A stretch of 64,000 nt of DNA, from contig NC_087436.1 of the NCBI RefSeq assembly GCF_036321535.1, forward strand, positions 35,404,001 to 35,468,000, given 5' to 3'. The position numbers and the translations under genes were made by a program. The notes under the pieces are model-generated. The model was not told the DNA's origin and made no database searches. It saw nothing but the letters and a program-made list of their open reading frames with translations. Source of the stretch: Camelus dromedarius (taxonomy: Eukaryota). Every line of letters begins with the position of its first letter. Position 1 is the stretch's first letter. Positions 52,680-64,000 of the stretch are shown here, piece by piece.

Positions 52680-55600
52680 TGAAGATTTAGTAAAACCTGT
52701 ACTAAAAAAGTGTCTGGTTTTGTGGGTAGGTTCTTGACTGCCAGTTAAGTGACAATGGTTTTAGATTAATTTGTTTTTTAAAATTTCTTTTCTGTCAATT
52801 TTGGTAATATACAGTGTTCTGGAAAATTGGCCAGTTCACCCAAGTATTTACATAAAATTTTTAATATTTTAATATTTCCATTCTGCATATACTCATCTTC
52901 CTTTTTTTATTCATAATATTTATATCACCTTTTTGAAAATCAGTTTTGTCAGAGGAATTTCTTTCTAAAGAAACAGATTTTAGGGCTTTGTTTCTTTGAT
53001 TTATATTTAATTCATATTTTTGTTCTGGCTTCTTTATGTCCTGAGTTTATATCCTGAGTTTGTTTCCTGAGTGTACTGTGCTTTTCTCTTTCTACCTTTT
53101 GGTGCTGAATGCATGGAAAGAACGTTAATTTTCCACGTGTCTTCTACACTGTTACATGAATTTAAGATAAAACTCCCTACAAACAATTTAATAACTGCCT
53201 TCCACAAATTTTAACATGTAGTGTTTCACTGATGCTTAGTTCTACCGTTCGTTTTTATTTCTTCATATTGTCATGGTTTAAAGCATGGTAACGGAAGTCA
53301 GGTTGTCTGGGCTTTCCATCTTAGCTCCATCCTTCACTAGATCTGTGCTTTCATTTCCTCATCAGCAAAATAAGAACAGCATAGAACCCACCTAAGGGTG
53401 TCATGAAGTTTATAGCATGCACGTGTCACAGCACATGACCCACTGAACACTCTGCTGAAACTGGCTGCCACCTTCATCATCATCTAAACATCATCAGTAT
53501 TAAATCCATTAAATATGTTAGAGAATATTGCTTTAAAATGCATAATATGTAAGTTATACCCATATGTTCAAAATATATCATTATATAATGTTATTGGCTA
53601 TGGTCAGACAATATCATACTGATTCACTGACATTGGTTGTGATTGACTTTGTAGGGTCAATCTGTATGTAAGCTTTGTGTGTGCTTGAAAAGTGATCTCT
53701 CTACTCTGTAGTTGTTGGGGGAGGGATTTTGTAAATACACATTAGACCAACTGTGTTAATTTTATTATTCAATGTGTCTGTATATGTATTAAACTTCTAT
53801 GCTTGACACCAGTACTTCACAGAGTTGTGTTAAAATCTTCTATGTGGATTTGTTAATTTCATCTCAACTTCAAATTATTTCAGTTTTGGCCCCTGTGTTT
53901 GAGGATGTGTTGTTAGTTACTCACAAGTTGAAACTGCTACATATTCTTGGGAAATAGCAGCTTCCTCATTAAAAATAATCCTCTTTAGTAATGTATTTTG
54001 GGTCTCAGTTCTACTAATACAGTATTTCCCTAATATACTTTTCCATGTGTTTACTTTCAGCCTTTCTATGTCATTGTTGTGCTCTACTTCTTACAAAGAA
54101 GTACATAAATCAAAGATTAAAATTAAAATCTCTGTTTAACTGATCATACGTTTAATCAGTTTACATCTATTGAGATGATTTATCCACTTGGATCCTCTCT
54201 ACCATTTTGTGTTGTGTCATTTTTGTTTGTATTTTCTCTTCTCCTTTCCTGACATCTAATGAATTGATTGAATTATTTTTACTCTCTTTACAATATTGTT
54301 AAGTTCTTTTTGTGGAGATGCTTATGTTTTATTTTGTTTTTAAATTTTAGACATATGATTTTAATTATCTGCTAGACCATTCACATGGAAATATGTGGTA
54401 ACCGAATGGAAACAAGGGGTCATAAACTTAGAAGAGAGGTAAGTATTTTTGAGCAGCATTTTCCATTTAAATCAAGTTAGGTTTAGACATTCACCAGATT
54501 GGTCCACTTTTTTAACATTTAAAATAAACTTCCTGTGCCGAAAATTTTTACAAAACAATGTATTTAAACTGGCTTCCAGAAATTGTCCAAATAATTTTTT
54601 TAACACAATTCAAGTGCTTTTTTTCCCCTACATTTCTTGAAATCTCAAGTTTTCCTTGGCAACTTTATCCAAAAGGCTACATTTTCATTTTAGAGATTAT
54701 ACTTCATATTTATGTAAGAGTGTCCTAAATTGATGTTCACAGGATATCTTTCTCTAAGCCCTAGTGGTTTATACTTTCTCTTTAAAATATCTAAATATCC
54801 TATAAGTAAGTTGTCATTCTCAAAGTTGTTTTGTAGAAAAATTTGTGAATTACACATCTATAAATTCCTACCCTTTGCTCTCTCCTTCCCTTTTGTACCA
54901 CCTGGATGCAAAATTTATGAAGCACTAGGGAAGAAGAAGCCATGCAATAGAAAGACCTTGGTCCTTGACCCTGTGCAGACGACCTTGGTCCCTAACCTGG
55001 CCTAGGAACCTGATCAACTTCTACGTGAGTGAGAAGAAAACTCGTATTGTGTTAAGCCACTGAAATTGTAAGGACTCCCTGTCAGAGCAGCTACCATTAT
55101 TTCACTGATACAATTCCATATTTATTTCTTAATTCACTCCAACAAGTGGTCCTTTTAATTGATGTCTATAAGCATTTAAAGTGATTATTGATACAGTTGA
55201 ATCAGTATCTACCATGTTTAACTGTTCTAATTATTGCATTTGTTCTGTTTCTTCTTATTCCTATCTTTTTCTGCCTTTCCAATTTCAGGTGAGCATTTCA
55301 TGATTCCATTTTTTCTCCTCTTGTAGCATGTTATACTTCTTTTAAAAATATTTTCAATAGTTGATGAAATTTCAAAAATGCATTTTTAACCAATCTAAAT
55401 CCACCTCACATAACTCTATGCTGCTTCATGTAATGCAGTTATTCCTAATTCCTCCTTCTCATCTCTTATTCACTTATTTACTCATTTCACTTATCCGTAT
55501 GCCACAATAACCCAATACTTTGTTACTATTATTGCTTTAAACCAACAATTATCTTTTAGTGCAATTAAAAACAAGAAAAGCAAAAGACTTCATTTTACGT

Positions 55601-57480
55601 TATGTATTGCTTCTTTGACACACTTCCTTTCTTCACACAGGTCTGAGTTTCTGACCTACATCATTTTCCTTCTCACTGAAGAACTTCGCTTCACATTTCT
55701 GTCAGGGTAGTTCTGCTGGTGAAAAAGTCCCTCAAGTTTTGTTTGTCTGAGAAAACCTTTTCTTCTTTACTCTTGAAGAGTAATTTTACTGCATATAGAA
55801 TTATATGTTGATGTTTTTCTTTCAAAACTTTAAACACTTCCCTCCACTCTTTTCTTATTTGCATGGTTTCTCATTAGAAGATCACTATAATTCTTATCTT
55901 TGTTCATATATAAGTAAGGTGTATTTTTTTCCTCTGGATTCTTTCAAGAATTTTCTCTATGTTTTTGATTTTCTGCAGCTTGATTATGATATACCTAGGT
56001 ATAGTTTCTTGGTTATTTTTTGGAGGGATGGTACAGTAATTCTTCTTCTTAGGCTGAGCTTCTTAGATCTGTGGTTTAGTGTCTGTGATTAATTTTGGAA
56101 AGTTCTTAGCCATTATTACCTCATCTATTTCTTCTGCTTCTTCTCTATCTGGTATTCTAATTATGTATATGTTACATCTTTTGCAACTGTCTCATAGTTC
56201 TTGGATGTTCTGGAATTTTTTTCCCTTTACCCTTTTTTGTTTTTGTTGATACTGGGTTTCCCTTTACCTTCTAATTTGGTAAGTTTCTATTGACCTATCT
56301 GCATTCTCACTAGCTCTCTCCGCAGGCATGCCCAGTCTACTGAGGAGGGCATCAAAGACACTCTTCCTTTCTGTCTTTGATTTCTAACATCTCCTTTTGA
56401 CTCTTTCTTATAGTTTCCGTCTCTTCACTTACATTACTCATCTGTTCTTGCACATTGTCTTCTCTTCCCTTTAGTCTTTAAGTTATTAATCTTAGTTATA
56501 TTAACTTCTGATAATTCCAACATCTGTCCCGTATCTAAAGCTGATTCTGATTCTTGCTTGTCTCTTTGGACTGTGTTTTTCTTGCTTTTTGGCATGCTTT
56601 GTGATTTTGTTTGAAAGCCAGACACATCATACTAATATTTGCTATAAATGTAGGTGCCAGAGTATTCAGTTTTCTCTAGTATCCTTGTTTTTATTGCCCC
56701 TGTTGACTCTGGGCTTCCCTAAGCACTCTTCTTCAGAGACAGCCTGCATCTTACAGCTCTTTCTATCGTAATCCACCATCACTACATCGGAGCCTGGCTG
56801 GTGTGGTGATAAAGTGCGGGAGGAGGGAAGCATTATGGAATCTGAAGATTAAATCTCAAGTTTTTAGTATGTCTGGGTCCCTGGGCTGTGACCTTCACAA
56901 GCACTTCCTCATGGTATACCTTTCTTCCTCTTAAGTCAGACCAGAAAACTAGCTGGAGTAAGCATGCCCTCCCCCAACTGGGATAAGGCTCTGGTACAGT
57001 CTTACCTCCTCAAGCGTATGCCTTTGTTATGAACAACTCTGTGGGAATATTTCATGATGATTGCTCTTTCCCTTTCCACCCCAAAGTCACAAGACGATCC
57101 TTCTTGGATCTTCACTGTGACAGCGGTTGGGTTCCTGGAACTTAAAGCTCACCGGAGCCCCATAAAAGCATAAGCCTCACAAGTTTCTCACTTTCCCCCT
57201 GGTTCATAGCCCCCAGCATTTCCTCAAAATTACCATTTAAGGGTCCCGACCCTCTGATGGCACCAGCTGCTTCTGCCCCAGGTAAGCAGATCTCAGCTGT
57301 GACTCTGGATTTGCCCATCTCACCAAAATCTAAAGTGGGAGTTGGCCCTGTAACCTCTGTTCTCTGATGGGTCCAAGGAAAGTCATCCATTTTAAGTGCA
57401 TGTAGCTTCTCTGTTGTAAAGACAGGAGGGAGGGACCACTTCCAAGCTCTTCACATGTTAGAACTGAAATCAGAAGTCCT
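52680..57480 (-). mobile_element. Old fragmented L1M block with nested MIR (~53.3 kb) and MLT1 (~54.9-55.1 kb)
   Basis: T-rich decayed L1 motifs (tttgtttgtctgagaaaacc...actcttgaagagtaattttactgcatatagaatt; ttggaaagttcttagccattatt); MLT1 end tgtgttaagccactgaaatt. Confidence 0.7.
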
Positions 57481-57917
57481 AGTCTTAATTTTCTACTCAG
57501 TTGGTAATTCTTCCCTTCACACAAACCAATTGCTCTTATCCACACCTATTTTGTCGGCCTCACATGGTTTTAATGTGTCTCAGAGCAAGAAAACATATAA
57601 GTCCTTCTCTCTTAATGTGGAACAAAACTGCCCGCAGAAATCAAGCCTTTGGAGATTTTCTGAAAAACAAACCAAAATAAGCTGTGTCTAGAAAGCAGGG
57701 GTAACCATGAATAGAGCACTTGGTCCTGCAAGTCAAAGAAAGAGGAGCATTGTCTTTCTCTAAATCTTTTCCTAACTGAGCTTAAGATATTCACCTAGAC
57801 TGATTTATGAGAGTGTAAGTGGAAGCAAGGGCAGGGGTTGGATTTCCTCAAACATATTCCTTGTGTCCTTACGTGCTGCTCTTACGGCATTGATTCAGAG
57901 CGAAGGGTGTGTCTTAC

Positions 57918-57975
57918 AAATGCTCACGGCCTGTTCCTGTAATATTTCATCACGTGCCAATGCAGTCTTCATCCC
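57918..57975 (-). CDS. Coding exon: GMKTALARDEILQEQAVSI(L)
   Basis: Acceptor ctactttgcag|GGG and only one open frame. Donor T|gtaaga (phase 1); alternative donor GCC|gtgagc ending at 57928 (phase 0). Confidence 0.6.
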
Positions 57976-59844
57976 CTGCAAAGTAGCAGTGTCGGGGAAC
58001 AAGTTATCATTCTGAAATAATAAAGGCCATTCATTTTAGTGACGTTTAAAATGCATGAGAACATTTATGACCAAACCCATATATTTCTCACCATGAATAT
58101 GTGGTATTAATTATCAATCCTGCTGCAGGGAAGAACACGTTTATAACATTATGAAGAAAATCTTTCTTTTACGTTAAGGATGTTCGCATTTGGAAGGAAA
58201 TTATTGTGTTGGTTAATGTGGCCCAGTTTCTGGTGATAACCTTTCTGCAACTGTCAATATTTTTCTCCATGGGGCTGCATTTCAAAAACATTTGATATGA
58301 CATTCTATACCATGCTAGTAGGAAATTATGTTTAATATTGTAAAATATTACAATTTAGGCATTACTTGACTAGAATTGGCTACCTGAGTCACACTTCATT
58401 TGAAAAAAATAAGAATCTAATTTATAATAGCCACTACTACCTCACATAAGATACAATAACCAAGTAACGCATTAGCTGGCATGCCTACAAAGACAATATA
58501 ATATCATAATAATATTAGCAATAGTAATAAGGTGATATTTTCAACCCAACACTGAGAAGAAAGACCTTTGGCTCCTTTTATTTTCACAACAGTCTTCAGT
58601 TGGATATTTTTGTGAGAAGCAGAGAAGCCCTATAATGACCTGAAAGAACACATGGATCCCCAGAGCCCTTTCCAGATGGAGAAGGCAATGTCCTCTACTT
58701 ACAGGTCAGATGAGTAAAGAACCTGCTGTGGGAGTATCCATCCAAAAATCCTCAACCCTTACAATAGCACCCATTACTGAAATAGCAACTTTCAGCACCA
58801 GCCAGAGCTTGGAAAGTTTAAAATGAGAAAAGAGGTTTTAAAGCATTACTTTACATTATTAGAATCAGGCCAGGAGAAAATGGATATCAGGATGTTAGAA
58901 CTGGCTGACAGGATGAATGTTTCCTGCCATACATTTCTGTGTTCTTGTTCCAGTACCTATACTTACTAATTAGGTGTCCTAGACCAAGTCTCTCTGAGCC
59001 TTGTCAGAAAAAAAAAATCTCTTGATGTCTTCATCTCTAAAATGAACTTAAAGGCATCTCTCACATGGGCAGTGATGAGGCCTGTATGAGGTAATTTGTA
59101 AAAAAAAAAAAAAAAAAAAAGTTCTGTATAATGTCCAGCATGAAGCAAATCTTCAATACTAGCTCAATGCTCAGACTCATCTCCTTTTTTTTTTCCTTCC
59201 TCTAATCCAACTAGGAGAAATATTTTCAACTTAAATGGCTAAGAAATTGGAATAAAATTCCCCTATATTTACTTAGAAATGCTCAGATATCTAACTTTTG
59301 TTTGCATATCTTATTTCATTTTATTATGTATCTTGTATTATTTTGTTTCCGGGAACACAGTTGAGATTAGACTTGGCCCCAGCTGCACGATTATGGTTTA
59401 ATAAGGGAAACAGCACAGACACACATTCTATCTATAAAAATAAGAGCTGCAATGATGACCAAAGAAGTGAGTAGTCAAGAGGATCCAGAATTACGTTGGT
59501 GGTTTGGAGGTCACTGGATGTTAGGGAAATTGTCCTGAACTGTCATTTGAAGGAGAACAAGGAAGTGATGAAGCAGAGGAAAGGTGTTATCCAGAGCAAA
59601 CATTTGGACTGACAGAGAACATCAAGGTCAAGCGGAACACGGCTCTTCACATGAACCAACACCCACCCAGGCAGGTGCTCAAGACTCTCGTCCTTCCTAG
59701 AGAGCCCCAGAACGCTCCAGCAGTCAGCACCCGAGTCAGCCCTGAGCCAGACATCATCTATGCTCTAGGCTTTTTAAAAAAATCTCCCTCACTTTTTTCC
59801 ATTCCGTCAAAGTACTCAGTCCTACGATATCCTCTTCTCTATTT

Positions 59845-60038
59845 ACTATATATAAAATAGGTTATAAAAACCCAAATTTCTTCTCTATAACACAGGGAAC
59901 TATGTTCAGTATCTTATAGTAACCAATAGTGAGAAAGACTATGAAAATGAATATATGTATGTATATGTATGCCTGAAACATTATGCTGTACACCAGAAAC
60001 TGACACATTGTAACTGACTATACTTCAGTAAAAAATAA
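59845..60038 (+). mobile_element. L1 3' end, same family as 382-605
   Basis: actatatataaaatagg...acacagggaactatgttcagtatcttatagtaacc...tgtaactgactatacttcagtaaaaaataaa. Confidence 0.9.
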
Positions 60039-61329
60039 AGTACACTAAGCTCATCTGATATAATAATATTTACTAGTATAACATGAGTGAAGTACAAAAT
60101 CCACATTTTCCCAAAAAAGCACTAATAAAAATTCCAGCAGTTTTCCTAGAGCTATCCCAGAATCCACTAATCAAAATAAGCATGACCTGCAAACAAAAAT
60201 AGAGGCTGAAAATGACAGTTGTCTATTTCAAAGAATGAATTAACATACACTTGAGCTATTCAGTAAAGATGGCAAAATAACTGCATGTGTATTTACTGAA
60301 AACATTATGAATTGAGTTATAATATAATCTCAAATTATATAAACATTTACTTAGATAACAAAATACTTAGTTTTGAAAAATCTTACCTTTGGAAATATTT
60401 TAGAATTTCCGATGTGAACAATTCAAATCACAGATGGCATAAAACAAATGCAATAATATTTTCCCTCGAATGTTTAGACTGTTTCAGAAACAGAGGTAGG
60501 AGTTCATTCCAACACTTAAACATCATGCTAGAGACTCTCCACAACTATTATCACAAAACACCATTATCTCAAAACATTATCTCAGAACAACATGCTTGAA
60601 ACTAGCTCAACTAATTCTCATCCGAGAAAACCAAAGAGTTTATATTCCATAAGGCACCAACATGCAAAAGATCATCATTGCAAAAAATAAATGTGTGTGT
60701 GTATTTTTCTCTTTGAAAATATTTTTATGTTAGAAAGTATATTCTTACTTTTAAAAGATGCATACAAAGCTCACTGAATTTAGTATTTTCATTATACACA
60801 TCTCCCCACTTCTAGTAAACCAAGTTAAAAAATAATAGCTCACTCTTAGTCTCATATCAGTGAGTAATCACACACAGAGAGCAAACTCAAACAAGTAAGA
60901 GACTCACAGTGTCCTCTAGGTGGTAACAATATTTGCTCTCTAGTTAACAGCTAAAGACGTCCAAGTTCTTATAGAAGCATAATGCAGTTTATACCCCAGA
61001 TTTAGCAAATGTGAGTCAGAGATCTCTCATAAGGAGGTATGCAAATGTGACGGATGCCACTGTTAAATTTAGGATCAGCATCCTCTTACTTGAAGGATAG
61101 AAACGAGGAGACCTCCTCTCTCTGGAACACTTACCATCAGTGATGGATGCCACCTAGTTCATATATTTCAGAAAATGATACTCCTGCTGTGTGGACGCTA
61201 AGCCACTGTAACCCTACATGTCTCGCTGGGGAGTTGTTTTTTTTTTTTTCAATAGACCTATTCACCCTTTGCCACATTTTAAAGTCCTGCAGCACTGAGT
61301 ATAAACTACAGCTTTTGAAATTAGAATAA

Positions 61330-61835
61330 AAAGTGTTGGTGATGGGCCCACTGTGTATCAAAAACCTTACATATGTCTATACCCTTTGATCCAGGAACTC
61401 TACTTCTGAAAATGTAAAGGGAACATTACATATAAATGTGTAATTATATGAATCTTTATTTCAGAATATTTACAACAAAGAAAATTTGTTCTCAAAGTGT
61501 TCAAAAATCAACGAAATGAAAATCAGTGAAAAAAATGTCCAAAATATAAGATAAATAAGAAACTATTTTGTAGTCCCAATAAAAGTGATATTCTAAACAT
61601 ACTCACATGAAAAATGCCCATGTAATAGTTACATGTAATAGTATAAAAAAGTAGGTTAAATGTGATGCCATTTTTTAAATTGCAATGAACATATGTAAAA
61701 ATAGTGGTTTTGTCTGGGGAATTGGATTATAATTGAATTTAATTTTCTTTTTCATTATCTGTATTTTCTACTTTTATTCAATTAGCATGTATTACTTATA
61801 TAATGAAAAGTTTCAAATTAGTACCAATAAAAAAA
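61330..61835 (+). mobile_element. Very old L1 (L1ME-like) 3' remnant
   Basis: ataccctttgatccaggaactctacttctg; tagtggttttgtctggggaattggattat...atgtattacttatataat. Confidence 0.5.
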
Positions 61836-63137
61836 TGAAAAAATTAAAGTGCAAAATAGACAAGCTTTCCCCTTGCCCTCTCTCCTGTAGCTTAAAATAC
61901 ACAACACAAAGAAAACCAGATTAAGCACATTAGTCTTAAAACAATCAAAAATAAGCACTAAACTAATACAAGTGAAATTCAACTGCATGTGATCTGCTTA
62001 AATCAGTATAAATATATATGTCATACCATGAAAAAATGACCACACATAGAGGAAAGATAAGTATGTTTATATCTGAGTTTATGCTATCTTTCTGAGTAAC
62101 CTTAGGCAAGTCACATGTACAGTTATAGTCATAGAATAAGATGGGAGGAGTAGATGAGTTCTGAAAGCCCTTTCAGATCTAATATTCGATCAACCACTGG
62201 AAAAATCCTCTTAATTTAGATGACACCCTGGACTTCCTTCAGCCATCGGAAGGCCCCACACCAGTTTCAGTAACTGTGCACAAGGCCCCCTGGGCAGGGA
62301 CTGTGTCTTGTATAAATATTTACACTTTAAATAAGTCTCCTTCACATAATAACAGCTCGATAAATACCTGGCAATAAAGCATTCTTCTTGTTATAGTTAT
62401 ATTTTCATGACCTCAGCAAACCTGTCCCAAAATATTTCCAAAAATTTGATCAACTTGTCTGCACAAATAGCAACGGCTAATCTGGTCTAAGATCCGATGC
62501 GAGTGTAAAAACTAATTATGGTAAGACTTAGTACACAGGTTTGAGTAAGCTGCTTTCATTCAATTCTCAGCATGAGAGAGCGTGGCCCCCCAAAGCCACT
62601 AAGCACCACTGTTCCTGTGCTCTGCGAGAGCTCGGAGACGTCTTCCATAGCGGCTCTGTTTGATCCATCTTTCTGGTTTGGCCTTCCCTTTGTTCTTCAC
62701 AGGAGCCTAAATTTGTTTTGGTAATTTCATCAGCTTCAGAAAAAGCCAGAGTAAGTGTGCTGGTTAAAATATTCAGTGAGCACATCTATCAGCATGTTGT
62801 ACATGAGAAACAAAAGGCTAAAGCTGCAGTTGTAGCTTTAGGAGCCAGCAGCCAGAATGGGTAGCTAGAGCAGCCCACAATCAGGAAACCAACGGGCCAA
62901 CGGCATGGATGCTAAGGGCAGAGAGCCCCACAGCAGACAGCTCCTCCGCTGAGCTGGGACAAGGCAAAGTCAAAACAGTGGGGAAGAATGGCAGTGAAGA
63001 GCCATCACCACACTAAACTGATCCAAATCACATTCCTGTCGCTCCTCTATAAATTGAATTTATTTTTTAAATTTTTGGATTGATAAATGGAAAATATGAT
63101 ATATGGTTTAATCATTAAAATTAATCAAAACTTTCAA

Positions 63138-63243
63138 GAGTAGTGTGGTGATCAGTCTGCAATATATACAGATATCGAATCACTATGTTTTATATCTGAA
63201 ACTAAGAGAATGTCATATTATCAATTATACCTCAATAAAAAAA
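63138..63243 (+). mobile_element. Short L1 3' tail with probable TSD
   Basis: atatcgaatcactatgttttatatctgaaactaa...tcaattatacctcaataaaaaaa; aactttcaa repeated at 63129-63137 and 63245-63253. Confidence 0.8.
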
Positions 63244-64000
63244 GAACTTTCAATTTTCTAGTTACCATGTAGTACTGAATGCACTGTAAAATATTTAACA
63301 GAACTAAACATACTTATTTAACCAGCATTATATTTACTTTTGAAAGCAAGGAGCAGGAAAGAGATCCATTAAAATAAATGCAGTAGATTATTTTAAGTAG
63401 AAAGATACACCCCCAAGAGGGGAAAAAGTCTGTGGAGGCAATAGCAAATGTTTTCTGGGACTTTCAGTATAAAAGTCATGGGTTCAGCTCCTGGCTTTCT
63501 TACTACTCCATACTATATCATAACGGACTTTGGTTTACAAATCTTTTGTGTTTTTAACCATAATCAGTTATGTGAGTCAAATCAGCAATGTTCAAAAAGG
63601 GTCTGTTTAATTCTTAGCTACATATAGAGATTCCAAATGTTGGACGCATGTATGTGGAAGATACAATTTTTTTTCTTCTAGGAGCATACTATCATTTATA
63701 AACTCAAGTAAATGTTTATAATTGTGGCTATGCAAAAAAAATACATAATCATACCTCCAATAAAAGCCTCTATTTGAGAAATAAGCTATGGTGGTTGCAT
63801 TATGTTGCATATGTATGTCTACTATGTGACATACACGGGAATATAAAATGTCACGAAGTAAAACAGACCCTAAGTAATCAACTTTAAAATATATTTCACC
63901 TAAGATGGAGGGAATTTGAAGACTACTGATCCATGGTAGTTTAGTTAAGATACTGCCTCTTACATGAACATCCCAATTCATCCCCTGACAGTGATTTTCA

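Noticed and set aside
53039..53073. Three tcctgagt units at 13-bp period
   Set aside because: Small slippage duplication inside an old L1; not an array of functional interest.
58431..58444. let-7-like motif (TGAGGTAGTAGT on the minus strand)
   Set aside because: Only about 12 nt match, with no hairpin partner arm.
59494..59538. Possible exon FRTISLTSSDLQTTN
   Set aside because: Sits in L2-like decayed sequence with a weak donor.
63607..63981. 124-aa minus-strand ORF inside the gene span
   Set aside because: Composition typical of AT-rich noise and no convincing splice sites joining it to the exon chain.
1..64000. About a dozen AP-1 (TGASTCA) motifs
   Set aside because: The count is close to random expectation for 64 kb and they are not clustered.

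Overview
Mammalian genomic DNA, AT-rich and repeat-rich. It is most likely camelid (camel/alpaca/llama): there is a Vic-1-like tRNA-derived SINE and cetartiodactyl-type L1 3' ends, and I saw no Alu, B1, Bov-tA/BovB or PRE1. Most listed ORFs are noise. The right half contains the 3' end of a minus-strand protein-coding gene that I could not name. Four exons (57.9 kb, a 20-nt microexon at 51.3 kb, 49.0 kb, 46.6 kb) splice in frame to ...GMKTALARDEILQEQAVSILELDSLKSLKKMDVNLGESPEFLRINKLYKNEGPTNFAKRLLTRVAAMEDKADL*. A ~1.5 kb 3'UTR follows and carries a conspicuous ~120-nt hairpin. Downstream (27-33 kb) are weaker signs of a second minus-strand spliced transcript (lncRNA or small ORFs). The rest is L1, L2, MIR, MaLR/ERV LTR and hAT fossils; several younger insertions have clear target-site duplications (TSDs). 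Repeat family names come from recalled consensus motifs, and repeat boundaries without TSDs are approximate.
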